Assembly: GCA_002633005.1 (NCBI GenBank)
Contig: NMRA01000334.1
Span: 338,516 to 402,515 of the forward strand
Direction: 5' to 3'
Source of the DNA: Phoronis australis
Lineage: Eukaryota > Animalia > Phoronida
Length of the DNA: 64,000 nt
A program made the translations under genes and the position numbers. The notes beneath the pieces were generated by a model that saw nothing but the letters and a program-made list of their open reading frames with translations, had not been told where the DNA came from and searched no databases. Positions 24,101 through 37,926 of this stretch are shown one piece after another. Within the stretch, counting starts at the first letter, position 1, and each line of letters opens with the position of its first letter.

Positions 24101-26908
24101 CTATGTAATTAATGCTGTTGTGTCACTTTTCCCCATTAAATAATGACCTGTCAATCAACCCTAGTACTCCAGGCCCTAATATTGCGAAAACATCGCGTAT
24201 TTATCACTTGTACTGAAAGCTATTGTCACGTCAGTTCATATTTGGATCCCGATGGAATACACGCCCTAGCGATTTGCCCGTAAATAACAAGCGTTGAATT
24301 GAACGTCAAATCAAAAAGCTGTTACATCAGTTATCGATTTTTGCGTCCAACTTCCCAATTCATTCATTTCACAGAACTTGGGCGACTTCACATTAGCGAC
24401 GCCAAGCATACATGTTGATCAGTGAAGAGTGAGTGCACGCTGGGTAACAGTTTCACCCTAAAAGCAGTATAGAGGTTTAGTGGAACTACGCATACATTGT
24501 ACAACTCGCACTTTGCAGTCGTGGATCGAGCATTGACAACCACTGGTAAAGGTTCAAATCTGTTGGCCGGGTAAGATAGGAACTGAAGTGTTAGAGACAT
24601 ATGTTCAGTAGAAGCCACTTTCGAACTTCACCTACTGTATTGTGTGTGTACGATACATGTACATGTATGTGTTCCTTAATCAGACCCTGCGGAGGATGTA
24701 CAATAAAATGGCACGGCGGAAATATGTAAAATTATAAACCAGCGACTTAGATCGACATTTGATTTAAGTACCGGAAATTTAAGCTTTATAAGATTAAAAC
24801 TTAGACTCGAGTTTCTAAATTCTCTTGCCAGGGTTCGTTAAACCTAGGTTTTCAAAAGGAACTGCCGGCGTACGGTGTTTCTTGGTCGTGTCGGAGGGTG
24901 GGGGGAAGGGAGGAGGGACGGCAGGTCCACTAAATCTGTTTGCGAAACTTTCAATACAACACTGTTCATGTACAATCTACTGACTTAAAGAACAAGAACG
25001 ATGATACCAGGTCAAAATTCGTAAGGTTTTGTAACTGTCTCCAGCTCCCTCTAGGGAGGAGGAAAGGTGTGAGCTCCATGATATACGTACAAAAAGCTTA
25101 TTTGCAACAAAATTGAAAAACATCCATCTTAGCTAATTTCATTGTAGTTAGTAGTGGTCTTGTACATTGTAGGTAAAAGCGAGTTTACAGACGGAGCATT
25201 ATCTCGGAACAACACGTCTGTTTTCCCAAAACATCTGTATTTACAGTACTTCGAGTGGTCTGTAGTTATGCTCAGTGTGCAGTTCAATGCTGGGTAGTGT
25301 TTCTGAGAGCCAGGTTTGAATAGACGATTTCAATAATATGAGAAGTCTGACATACCTTTTTGCAATAAGTGATGATGTAGCGGGGTTAAATCTTGGGACT
25401 TGAGACTGAAACTGAACTGTATAGCAAACCGGAGGGAGGGGTATAAGGGAGGGGTGGGGGGGGGGATGACGGTGAAAGAGCACTTCTTCCATGTTCACAC
25501 AGTGAAGTGAAAATTCTATAACATGTTACTTTGGGCCGAGTAAACTCATTTCAAAAATTCAATGTCATAGCAAGGCTTTTGTCATCAAAGGAATTGAAAA
25601 TCAGCAGCCAGTGATCAATCAGCCAGTCTTGGGAACGGAAATAATTGATGCGTTTGTGTTGTAATGCTATTTGAATTAGGGTGAACAAAATGCGTTTAAG
25701 TAGGAGGGCAATGTTCCTCTATTAATCATTTCCAAGAGAAGAAAATAGTTAGTAGACGAGATGGCCTTTTTATTTTCTTTCCTTTGCTACAAACCATGTT
25801 CTTGTATCAAAAACGTTTTTCTCCTCAGGGTATTTGCTTATCCAAAGCAATACCATGTATTTATACATTGCTTGAAATTGACGAAAAACAATTGAAATTC
25901 CCCTGACGGTCATTCCTGGAACTATACCACCACGACAAGCATTTTTCATAAGCCTGCAGTGGCACAGTAACCATCTCTCATAAGCTTAGAAACCGTTTTT
26001 AATCTGAGTAAGAAACCAAGTAAGATCGGTCATAACGGTATAGTCTCTAAGCCAAAAGTTGATATTTTGACAAGCGCTAGCATTAGAGGTCAAAAAACGC
26101 ATTTCCGAGACCATCCGCCGATGTAATCGATTTTGTGAAGTTCTTAGCGTTGTCGAAAGCTATACATTCTGACTGTATTTGTGGAAATCCCCAATTTTTA
26201 CTGTTGTCTACCAGACCATTCATTGCAATCAAAGATGGTAATCACTTCGTGAGCAAAATACGCTTAAAGTGCTTCGCTATTTATCGAGTGGGATTTACCT
26301 CCACCAGCAGAAAGCGGCTTCAACTGCGGGGCTTGCCAGCTCGGTGCCACGCTGATATTGATCTCAGAAAGTGACTATCCTCGTCAATAATGTCCCTTTG
26401 ACTACGTGGGAGAACCGGAATGCATATAGAGCGCATGCATTTTGCATGAACATGGAATTACGTCAATTACTAACAGTTGCCACGAAATACGCTTGTAAGC
26501 GAAAGGTCTGTGACCACGGCTCGCGCTTTTGTGGCGCGTGCATCCATGCCAAAAATGGGGTGGGCCAAGTATGATGGCAAATTTGTAAGTAAGTACATTT
26601 AGGACGCGATTGACACATGGTATCCATGTTTTGGGTAATAGTAAATTACAGTGTCCCACATTTTGAAAACCCCTTTCTCTACTGAATAAATGAAAGTAAA
26701 GTTCAGAATTTTGGCTTCTACTTTGAAAAAAAAAATATACAAGGACACATCATTACGCACACACGCGCACGCCTAATCCTACAGGAACCCAAATTTTCGG
26801 GATTTAGAGTGCATTTGAATTCTTGTGTCCTCTCTGATACCGCAACAGTAGTGAATTTTTAGTGAATCTGAGGAGAAATGTCGGATTCGCAATTTTTGGT
26901 GATCTTAA

Positions 26909-28538
26909 AGGAGAATGCCACCCGATTTAATAAGTCTTTTCTACAGTCTTAATCGGTCTATATCCAAATCGCCTCTTGTACGGTCGACCTCACCTTGCCG
27001 AGAGGTGTCGCGTTAACCTGCGAGGAAGGTGAGAAACGGCGCAGCGACGTCAGTGGTTCGTCTGCAGAGTGAATGCCGCTATATTGCGGTGCATCGTTCC
27101 CGCTTGTCCGAACTATGAAGCTGCAAAGAAAGCTGGTATATCGTTTTTTCGACTTCCTCGTGAGCCAGAAATGCTTAGAAAGTGGCTCGCGGTTGTGAAG
27201 AATGAAAGGTACGCTGTTAATAGCAAGAATGAGGCCGTGAAACATCTCCGTGTTTGTGGCCGGCATTTCGTCGACACTGATTTCTCTAACGAATTCCGGC
27301 TTTCCAAAGAACTATCCATACGTTCCGTTGCCTGTGGGTTCACGGCGCCTCTCTTGTACATGTATTTCTTGATCAGTGTATTCTGCTTTGAACTGATAGC
27401 CTGTGAAACCTCACGATCCGATCCGTGAAGCCTTGGTCCGATGAGTTCTTGACTAAGTCGGGATTGGCGCCGGGCGAGTTGCCATGTAGACGTGTATTAA
27501 TTATTCTGCGTTCTGTTTCAAAATGAATTATTCTCACCCTAACCAATGCTTATATAAAGCTGAGACAAAGTCTGTCTCATTAGATACAATTTGTAATGCC
27601 TTTGCAGTATTTGTGAGTGCAAATGTTGTGAAGCCAGTAATGAATAAACCACTGCGTTACCGGATTTTGATGCCGGCAATAAAGGTACCTGTAAGTAACC
27701 GGGCACCGAGGCCGTTTGAGCGCATGATAATTCAGTGTTGCTGACAGAACGCTGTTGTGAAACAATTACTCGATTTTATATGCTATGGTCACATGTAAGT
27801 TGAATCTTTATTTAGAAATACAAATACATTATTCAAATCATTGATACTGTACAACTTTTTCCCTGACGGTCTGTGGAAGGGGAACCCGACTTCGCCGCCC
27901 CCGACAAGTAAGTAGATTTTCAGTTTCGTGGTTAATTCACATAAATAACTACGTGCATATTATTTCTTTGTCTCACTATTACAGTCTTTTCGTGACTGGA
28001 GGTTTAGTTTCCAAGCTGGTATATGTTCGTGCCAGTCCCGGCGGCCGCGACGGGCCTGATCGGGTTCCGAGCCACTGGCCGGAATAACAAGCGTTTTGTT
28101 TGTTTAGAAATCAAAAAATCACGAGTCTAATCAACGCAGATCTAAGTTTTTCTGTCTGTATTTCACGGAAGAATACTTCGAATACTTCCCCAAACTCCTG
28201 CAACGGACTTTGTAGGCTACGGTGTCTCCAAATACCAATAAATCCGTAACAGCGAAATAAAACAACACGTTTTTATAAGAGGTCGGTGTATTTTTAAGGG
28301 TTTTACATCGAGGTCTGATGATTTATTGGTGTTAAACGATGAATTCAAGCAATAAGCTGACACCAGTAACCGGTGTTGTGAACTGCTGAACAGACTGGGT
28401 GTGAAACCAAGGACAGCACTTGATAATTTCAACACCTCCGTTTTCCGTCAGGTGTCCGGTAATGCAACCGAACTATGGAGTAGAACTGCTCCATCTAAAT
28501 TGATACAAAATAGGTTGTTTTTTGGGTGGCATTCTCCT
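26909..28538 (+). mobile_element. Non-autonomous Kolobok-type DNA transposon (1630 bp)
   Basis: Perfect 15-bp TIR AGGAGAATGCCACCC / GGGTGGCATTCTCCT; TTAA TSD at 26905-26908 and 28539-28542; RR..YY termini; THAP remnant inside. Confidence 0.9.
27069..27428 (+). pseudogene. THAP (C2CH) zinc-finger domain remnant of the transposase
   Basis: CIVPAC-x-ISFFRLP-x-RKWL-x-RVCGRHF.DTDF matches the THAP signature; the ORF starts at GTG, the nearby ATG (atgccg) is out of frame, and no DDE domain follows. Confidence 0.85.
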
Positions 28539-31328
28539 TTAATTCGTTTGCGGTAGATATAGCAAGGCGAAAAGACATGACTTCGTTGAGAAACCCCATC
28601 GAACGTGATTTCTGAAAGTTATACCTTTTCCATGTGTGTTAAAGTAAGCTGTAGACAAGGGCTATTGCTGACCCCAACCAATGGTGGTGCAGAGATCAGC
28701 AACCCGAGCTGTGTTTTATGCCCTAACATTTAACAGCGGGACTTTGGCAGAGAAGCGCAGAAAAAATGCGTCAGTTTGATCTACAACATAAAGAAACGAT
28801 AGAACGCTCCGCTACGAAGCCATTGTTAGAAAAAAGTGTGCCCCTCACTCGAACCAATTTCTGTCACGTAAGATGCGATGTCTGCACGAGACTTGCAGGC
28901 TGTCGAGATGTAATGAAAAGAAACGTTAGAGCAACGAGCACGTCTATAATTTGCGTGCAAAAGATACACGTGGATATATCTATATTATGTGGCCGTAATA
29001 AACTCGCCAATATCGATATTGTGTGGCTAAATATTTCAACTGTCTCTAAAGCATCTAATTTTACAAACAATGATTCATTACGGAATGTGTCGCGAACCAC
29101 CAACAATTAAAGAACACCGTGATGTCCCCTCGCGTCATTCATCAAAGCACAGAATGTCTCAACGGAATTAATGGGGGCTAATGCATCTCTTTGCGGATAT
29201 CGGCGTTCATTAACAGCTTGCAAATGCACAATTGAATTCAGACAGAAGTAATCCTGTTTGCCCAGCAACTCTTGGCGGTTCCTATTTAATTGCCAGGGCT
29301 CTCCAGCTGGATAAACTTTTACAAAAATCATTAACAATCGATGCGTAAGTGCATACATGTACAGCGACGACGAATCCGCTCTCCGGAGGTCCGACTGCGA
29401 TAACACTGGACGAGCTGGCTCGAGACTGCCTTTCGCACACGCAAGAAACCACGGTCATTCGTCAGCTTCCGTATTACGTTATCCCTGTTGGAACACCACG
29501 GGTATTTTCATAGTCTCAAGGTTCTTGTTGGAGATGAACGTTATTTGCGCATGTGCGAATTTTATTCAGAATAATTTTCACCAACCGAAAGTTGTAACTA
29601 AGACCTTTGGTAAATTAATGCCTGTGTTTGAATTTGTATTTTGAAGTTAATAAAATCTGAATTTCCGCACCATTCAACTTCCATGGTCCTTTAATTATAC
29701 ACAATTTCATAAATTTTAAGGCTAAAATTATTCTGAATTGATTAGGTTTGAATAAATTTCTGTATATTTTTGAAAAAATGTACATTTGTCTTTGTAATAA
29801 AACGGTATCATTTGGAATAAATTGTTACAAAATTGATTTGTCTTTATAACAAAATGAAGCGAGAAGAACACTTTAAATCCTCGTGACATACGATGTTATG
29901 GCACACACTGGCACGAAATTCTAGCAATGACATAGCACGCACTCACGCACCGACCAAGGACAATTCACTGTCATTCTTGAGGAGTTTAATCATTGGCCCG
30001 ATGATTTATGTGCCAATGCACGTCACTTCAGCGTGCAAGTGTAAGGGTGGCTTAAGAGCTGTGAAATACGATGCAGTGACATCAAGCGGTGGCTATCAAA
30101 ATCTCCGTTGTAACATAAGAGCAACTGCAGTGATGCGAATCAGCGATAATGAGGTTTACGCGAGAATTGCCGCACCCCACCCAACCCCCGGCCCTTGCAG
30201 CACCCTTGGTTTGCCCAACCAATGACACTACTGGCCGTCTTATTTGATGGAATCAGTAGATACGGGCGGACCCTTATGGACTTGTGTATGACAGTATTTC
30301 GTTTAAAAAAATTCTTATATGCTATGCACTCATCAGGTCCATTATATTTTTAAACTAAAGCCTGTTAAGAAGCAAACTGACGCGGCTACAAGATGATTGG
30401 TGTCAAGAGGCCGTTTACGCAGACACATGTCTCTTTAATGTCCATGCTCACGAAAGGGATAAATGTGAGTCAATTCCCAACATAAATAGGAGTAGTCAGA
30501 TAAAAACGGTTAGACGAATCACGAACAAATCTTTGAGTCTCTTAATTTCCGTTTTGTAGCAGTAGCATTTGCGACTTTGAAATAGAGCTCATGTGACGTG
30601 ACAAAGCTTTGTCTTCAATCTATTCAACTCCAGATACAGAAAACCTCCAAAGCACGCGACAAGAGACAAAATCGTTGGTTATAGTTTATCATCAACAAAG
30701 CATGGCTTAATTGAGACTTAGAACGTTGCATTTCACACAACAGAGATCAAAATTGATTTTACGTTACGAATACAGTTTAAATGGCGACCGAAGCTTTGAC
30801 ACAACTCAGTATTTCAGTCACTCGTATTTATCAAATGCACAATTAAATTATTTCCCCTTTAATACCAATGCACTTCGGTGTCAAAATTATCATGTTCTGG
30901 CGTGAAAGAAGACCTTCTGTGCGAACATTTTACTCTTCCAAAGCATTACGTCACCCTCTGCTTGATTATCATTGGTGGATGTGCTTCACTTGTTCATTAA
31001 TTCACGGTGCCTGATAGCAACGTTCCAGCGTCCAGCGCGCAGTCGGATCCCTACACGCAGAAAATATGCTCAGGTTCTTGCCTTACTTCCTTATTGGAAA
31101 GTCGTGTGAGTTGATACTCAGACAGGGAGATGATAAATGTTTTGCCGTTACCCGAGGGGACATTAACATAGAATTAAAAGTATAAAAGAATTATTGTGAT
31201 GAAGAAACTAATCTGTGGCCTTGTAATTACTTAGTACAAATTGTTGGGGGTACCAGACTTCGTTGCTAAGTTACTCGACGTCATCTCTACGGCCAATGAT
31301 GAGCTCTAATAGCCGTGTAGTTTCTATT

Positions 31329-31859
31329 GAGCGCCAAAGAGTTCTTAAACGAGTACTTTGTGCACGTAGAAATGTCCTTAATCAACGCGTACTTTCAGTT
31401 CTTAAACGACCACCGTTCTGCTCTTATTCAGCGTGCACTTTTTCTAAGTCAACGCGTAGCTTTACTTAATAAACGCGTAATTTTAGTAGTCAGTTCACAC
31501 TGTCCAATCCTGTCCGTGCTCTCAAATCTCAAAATGGCGGAAGACAGTCTACATGGGTGCAAGGAAACTCTTGAACAATGTCAGAGATTTTCATCAAGTG
31601 CTCACGTAAATGGCGATTTTGAGATTTGATAGCAAGGACATGATTGGACTGTGTGAACTAACTAAAAATACGCGTTGATTAAGTAAAACTACGCGTTGGT
31701 TAAACGTGCGCGTTGAATAAGAGCGAAACGATTATCGTTTAAAAACTAAAACTACGCGATGAATTAACAAAACTAGGCGTTGATTAAGTAAAACTTCGCG
31801 TTGATTAAGCACTTTTTCTACGTGCAGAAATGTACTTGTTTAAGAACCCAATTGCGCTT
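31329..31859. mobile_element. ~530-bp palindromic MITE with subterminal AATCAACGCGTA repeats
   Basis: Arms are imperfect reverse complements around ~31590; multiple TAATCAACGCG / CGCGTTGATTA units on each arm. Confidence 0.85.
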
Positions 31860-31882
31860 CCTAAGTTTTTGACATGGTACTG

Positions 31883-32038
31883 CAGTGACGGATTTAGAGG
31901 GGACCAAGGGGGCCATGTACCCCTAAAATTCTACCGGATTCCTTCAGGCAGTTCGGGGGACGCGAATGTCAGAAGGGCAAAATCCTGGCTATTACTCTGT
32001 CCTGGCCCCCTTAACTCAAAATCCTGGATCCGCCCCTG
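31883..32038. mobile_element. GC-rich hAT-like MITE
   Basis: CAGTGACGGATTTAG / CTGGATCCGCCCCTG termini; TSD decayed. Confidence 0.7.
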
Positions 32039-33314
32039 GTAGTAATCTGGAGTGCCTGACAGTTTTAAAAATAGGCCAGTCTCGTGGAACGCATTATATT
32101 TTTCGACCTCCACCACCTAAGAAGAGAGTTCAATCGAGTATGGGCCTATTCAAAACATATAACAAAAGTAACCATAGCGCAATAATAACGACTATGAAGT
32201 ACATGTACACATGCAATTAACACTCGAGTAAACAAAATAAAGATTTTTCGTTAGATTAATCTTATCTTAAGGAGCACTGAAACGCAAAAACTCGAACAAA
32301 ATTACATTTAAAACAGATTGTGGCGAATCTACTTCAAGGGATGCTAACGTAAAGGTTTGAACATTGTAAGAATTTCTAGACAAGAACGTGAAAATCACTA
32401 TTTTTGAAACACAGACGAAATGTATTGTCTATTATTATTATTGTTATTATTATTATTGTTATCATTATTAAATTGAAATTATTTAACGAAGACACTGTGC
32501 AATATTCTATACACAATACATCCTTAGCAAAGTGCTAATACATGATGGTTCTCAAAGATTTTAAATCATCTCATTTATGGTTCAAAGTTTTCACCGGGCT
32601 TCCATAAAAGCCAGCGAGCGCTGTTTCAAAAGAAATTTAAAGGGATTCCTAGAATCAACCTTAACGATATTGCGAGAAACATCTTGACAGCTGTAGATGC
32701 AGAATAGGCCTACGAGGGGGTTGAGATTTAAAATCTGGTGCAGGCTTGTGCCAAATTCAAATATTGATTATTTCCTCTGTACTATCGGCAAGAACAGTAG
32801 TGTTTGTGATACAACTAATAAGATTAAAACGGTTGCCATTTCTATCAAATTAGCTTCTTAAATTGAATTCTTCGCGAAAATTGTTGTTGTGATTGTTTTT
32901 TTTTCCTGAATAAATACGATAAATATTCCCCAAAATACGATGTCGTTGTTTCTGCTGTGCTTACCTATGGAAGTGTGTTTACTGCAATGTCGGGTACACA
33001 GTTGGTTTACAGTGCATGATCTGTGAGCGCCAACAAAAGATTGCAAGAAGGCTTAAACAATAACAAACTTGTTACCTGATCTTGGAAACTCTGTCGTCTG
33101 GAGTTGAAACTGTACGGGTTGATTTTTGACAATATTAAGAAACTACTCATGAAAAATAAGCCGTGGAATGCACATAAGGACACATCTATAAATTGAACCT
33201 GGCACATTTGACAGAATTGCATTCAAATCCCAGAAAAATAACGTTCAGTGCGTAAACCGTTTACCTCCGTGTTACAAATACCATAAAAACTCATGAAATA
33301 TGACGTCGCTTTTG

Positions 33315-33450
33315 TGTAACAATGGTACATTTCTACATGTGTATTCGACGTAAAATGTAACAGTTACATAAAATGTAACTACTTGTTAAATTTTCGGAGA
33401 GGCCTATCAATGTAAATTGTAACAATGACATAAAATGTAACGACTGTTAC
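33315..33450. repeat. Cluster of TAAAATGTAAC motifs
   Basis: At least four copies of (A)AATGTAAC / ATTGTAAC within ~135 bp; probably a MITE relic. Confidence 0.5.
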
Positions 33451-34051
33451 TATGAAGTTCAAGGTTATAAAACCAAGACTGCGACGTTATACCGAAAAAG
33501 TACTTAAGATTTTGAACGAAGAACAGACTTCACCGTGGCATCATATTGAAAAGCAGACTAGAATAAATACATCTGCGAATGTTCCTCAATTTGTTGAGTT
33601 CCCAATTCTTATTACGTAACCTCGCCATATCATGAAATGCAGAGACGGTAATCGGGATCTTGAAGTAGGCGCTCTTTGAGGTCAAATGTTCATTCTTGTG
33701 TGATGCTGTTCGAGCTAAGTTAGTAAAAAAAAAGTCGGTGAAAGCATGGCGGGCACCAAAATAAAGTATAAATAAAAGAAATTGAGGTTGCAACTTTTTG
33801 TAGAGACCAAAATGCTTATATTCGAGGAATTTGAAAAACAGGAAACGTTTGCTTAAGTTTGAATTGTGAAAACTTAAACAGTTATTAAGTAAAAATTGAA
33901 ATATAGTGATATCGTGTAACTTGGTGACTCCATATCTTTTAAAGTTGTAGTAGATTATGACGAAAATACAAGATAGGAAAATTAAAAAAAATATACCGTA
34001 AGTTAAATTTGTGCCGAATTCCTTAAAGCCACATACCGTTTTTTAAAACCA

Positions 34052-34141
34052 GGATATAAAGTGACCGCATTTTGAGAACCAGGTTTCTCCACTGAATAAC
34101 GGGCATCAAACTGGTTTTCAAAATACGGACACGTTATATCC
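34052..34141. repeat. Imperfect hairpin (~34-bp arms)
   Basis: ggatataaagtgaccgcattttgagaaccag pairs with ctggttttcaaaatacggacacgttatatcc. Confidence 0.75.
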
Positions 34142-34770
34142 GATTATTGCCATCAACTTGGTTCACATTTTGGTTAGTACCCGTAGTTCTGCTTATAACG
34201 AGACGCTGGCGTAGCTAATTACACAAGATAAAAGCGACTGGAATTCTTCACCGCGGCTTACATGTAGTTTATTTCAATTGAAGGTTTGTGATTTTAGCTT
34301 GACATAATTACCGGTGCTTGGGTCGTCAAACATACGATTTCACGGCAGCCCTAAAGGCCAAGACCTACCAGGTCGCGTCTAGTTTCGCATTCTCTATCAA
34401 TGTTTCACCCTCTGACGTAAGTCTATCAAAATGGCACCTGGAGGTATAATTTCATTTAATTAATTTCTAAACAAAAAGCATTACCACTCTGTAAATTATC
34501 TGGTTATGAAGGCCTACCTGTATCACTAACCAAAGCAAACATTCGCGCTCCCGAAACCCGTTGTCGTCGTATACATGTACACTGTAACAGTCACTACTGT
34601 GATTGCGGAATGAATACCATCCAATCAGAAAGGTTGTGCGCTATTTAGTGTGTGGCATGAATTTTCTTGTTAAATTGCCTTTAAGTAGAGAAAAGTGAGA
34701 CAGCTGAATTTTGAAGAGTCACATGATGTGCCGGCAACAGTTTCGACGGTGCACTGGCAAAATGACATTT

Positions 34771-35098
34771 TATTGGCTAGCCAATACATCGCCTATAAAC
34801 GCCGAATGCGTACACAACCGATCTACTTTTTGATAGATAAAATAACGCGTAATTGACATTAGGGAAATAGTTACCTGTGCGCTTATCTCCTTTTTGTGTT
34901 CTGGATTAAATATACAGATTATAGGTTTGCTGAACAAAAGTAAATTGTTACACTGTCTGTCACAAAATCATCAACGGAATGCTTTTATCATGTACCCAAG
35001 TAAATTGTCAAGGCAAAAAGATTGAATTGACTTAGTTAAGTCTTAGAGTAAACAATCGAAAAACAAAAAGTCACAGAGTTGATAGAGAGCAGGTAAGT
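34771..35098 (+). promoter_or_regulatory. Candidate Pol II promoter and non-coding first exon
   Basis: ATTGGctagCCAAT, then TATAAA at ~34794, and a perfect donor CAG|GTAAGT at 35093; motif evidence only. Confidence 0.3.
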
Positions 35099-35518
35099 CT
35101 GTACTTGTTGGTCTTTCTGATTTTTAATTCATTTTCACTAAAAATTATTGTCAGCACCCGACGATACTATCGGTCCGCACAATACACAAGAGTGTCACCA
35201 ACCCAGGCCTACCCCAAGTATTCTCGGTGCACATGCTATTTGTTGACTTAACTTAGTACAACGAACGAGAACTGTGCCGTCGTGAAGCTTCCAATACCTT
35301 TCCTTTTTTAATGGGGAGCAGTCATACTCGATTGTCCAGGTTCGTTCAGTCTAGTCACTTGCGGGCGAAAACTGGAAAGAGGGTTAAATCTCGCCGAACT
35401 CGTAAGATGCTACTTTAACTGAAAGGGTGATCGTAACTTGGTGGTGACTCGATCACACTATTTCCAAGTTCTGCCTCAGCTCAATATCATGCACCCCCTA
35501 AGTTCAGAAAAAAACCGT

Positions 35519-35675
35519 CGCGTGTACTCAGCGTAGAGTTAAGCCTCGCTAGGACCTACACTGGGACCTCGCTAAAATCTAGCCAAAGTCACTTGTTCTT
35601 ATTTAAAAAACATATCATCATCTCAAGTAATCTTGCGAAATCTTGCGTTTTAGCGAAGTCCTAAGGTTACTGAAC
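35519..35675 (+). mobile_element. MITE family A, copy 3 (decayed)
   Basis: cgctaggacctacac...aaagtcac...aatcttgcgaaatcttgc...gttactgaac. Confidence 0.8.
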
Positions 35676-35726
35676 TCTACCCAGTTGCGTGACCAAGAAA
35701 CGTGAAGAATGGATGATTAGGAGAGA

Positions 35727-35882
35727 CCTGCCTCCCGTTCAGTAACGCTAGGACCTCGCTAAAAGCAAGATTTTGCGAGATTACGTGAGAAATTGCCGTG
35801 TAATTTAAATGAGAACACGTGACTGTGACTAGGTTTTAGCTAGGTGCTAGCGTAGGTCCAAGCGTTCACTGAACGCATGCCC
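35727..35882 (-). mobile_element. MITE family A, copy 4
   Basis: Reverse complement of 45272-45431. Confidence 0.9.
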
Positions 35883-37289
35883 TTAGGCCTATTGATCCAT
35901 GGCCTGTCGTATAGGAAACACAAAATAGTTTGTACAGGCCACTCACGTCATAACTATATGTTCATGTTAGCAAAATGTGAAATGTGACATGTGAATGAAC
36001 TGAGGGACAATTTCGGTCCAATCCTTGCGTTGTCACACTAAGTGACGACGTGAGTCCTGTTTCTCATGAAATCTGTTGGCTTTTGTCGTTTGACATTAAA
36101 GCTATTTGTCTTAGTCGTAGTAAATTCGTTGTGAGTTTCTTTCTTTACAGCCAACAGTGCCATTAAATTTCAATCTTGAATATGATACACTGTGCAACCT
36201 AATCAATGGTCTAACTACTCATCACCAATCTCGAAGACTGTGATCCAAATTCACAAAATTTTTTCAATATGTTAGGTCTAAATGCCATTCACCCCCGTTT
36301 TCAAATCACACTTTTAAAGAGTAAACTGAATGTTGTAATTTTTATTTTAGTTAGAAAGCACTCGATTTGACTCGATGACTTCGGATGCATATCGCGACAC
36401 AGTAAACTAGACATCAACTCCTACAAGGTGCTGCACCTGTTAACATGCGCCCATCACAGATGTGAAAATGAACAAAATTTCACACAGTCAAAAACCGTGG
36501 CCTTCGTAATAAGGATGCATGTTCGGTAAGTAGATATAGCAACGTATGCCTTTACCGAGGTTTCGCTTCAGTTGAGACAGAAGTTATGCATGTTCTTTTA
36601 ACCACAAAGCCTGACGCACCGTGCTGGTATTCCACGACTTGTGATAGAATTGTTCACTGCCTCAAGATGGCACTGTGGGAGGCCATTTTGAGAAATAGAA
36701 TAATCAACAGGGGCCTGTAAACAAACCGCGTGTGGCTTCATTCTGTTGACTTCAATACCTTTTCAGGACAACGCGTTTAATTGAGCAATGCAATAGAATA
36801 ATAAAAGTTTAATTACGTGTGAAAAATACACTCAACTTTTGATTACATACTCAAGTAAAACGAAAGCTTTAAGATAACCAATAGGCCTCTATGAAGTCCT
36901 TGAAACATGCAATTAGTGATTTACGCTTCCTCACACTAGTGCAGCTCGCATACTACTTGTAAATCAATTCATTATCTGACTTTAAATCATAATCAAGAAA
37001 ATTCCTCTGGGAAGACTCAAAATGATTTTTTGATTTTCTTACTTTGTTTAAATAATTTTAGAATTTCAATAACCCTCATCTTTGGAAGAAACACGATGAA
37101 ATCGAGAATTTCGCACTGTTTAAATCACACAACGGTTTCAAAACCTGTGTCTTAGTAAGAATATCGATCGGTGTGCAGAATGTGTTATATTAATCTGCGT
37201 TTGCAGTAGAAAGGGAGTTTACGGTAGGCGGGCATGCACCTGCACATTTCGGGCATGACTCGTTTAACATCGGAATGAGACGAACGCGA

Positions 37290-37540
37290 CTGATTGGTTA
37301 CGGTGATTGACGACGAAATTCGTCGGCGTAGCTGACATTTTATCTAGTAGTATTCAATGCACTTGCGACAGCTGATCAAAAAAAGACACAGCGGCGAGCG
37401 GTGCGAAGCACTACATACTTGCGTGTCATCCATTTCATTGTTTATGCTGGCGCGTTGAAGTTTAATGTATCCGACGTTAGACCTACATGTAATGCCGACG
37501 AGCGGTACGTACGAAAGCAGAACGTAAGAGACAGGTAAGT
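37290..37540 (+). promoter_or_regulatory. Candidate second promoter/first exon
   Basis: CpG-rich patch with an inverted CCAAT (tgATTGGtt at ~37291) and a perfect donor CAG|GTAAGT at 37535, followed by AT-rich sequence. Confidence 0.3.
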
Positions 37541-37855
37541 TTGGTTTGGAGAAGAAAGTGATAATATTAATAATTAATTTGAATGCAAAAATGTTATGAC
37601 AATTAGACCTTAATAGGTTTAAGTTATCGACCAGTATACGTGACCAATACTAGTTTAGTTTTCTATTGGAAGACCGAGAACAGCACCTCATAAGGTATCA
37701 TTTTTACGGCAGAGAAAAATTTGATTGTTGTTGAATAAATAAGACACCTTGAAGTTGTTAGTTTTAAACAGTGCCGTTGTCTGCCAGGCATTCGCTGAAA
37801 TCAATGCTAACAACTTTACCAGTTAAATACTCTTAAAGTACATTGATATCCATTG

Positions 37856-37926
37856 AGTGAGACTTAGCTCAACCAGCCGAACGTTTGGCAGCGCCACAAG
37901 AGTTTCAGGCTCGATTCCGCGCTGGA
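37856..37926 (+). mobile_element. Highly decayed tRNA-like/SINE head
   Basis: TAGCTCAAcc A-box-like and GGCTCGATTCC B-box-like motifs at tRNA spacing. Confidence 0.3.
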
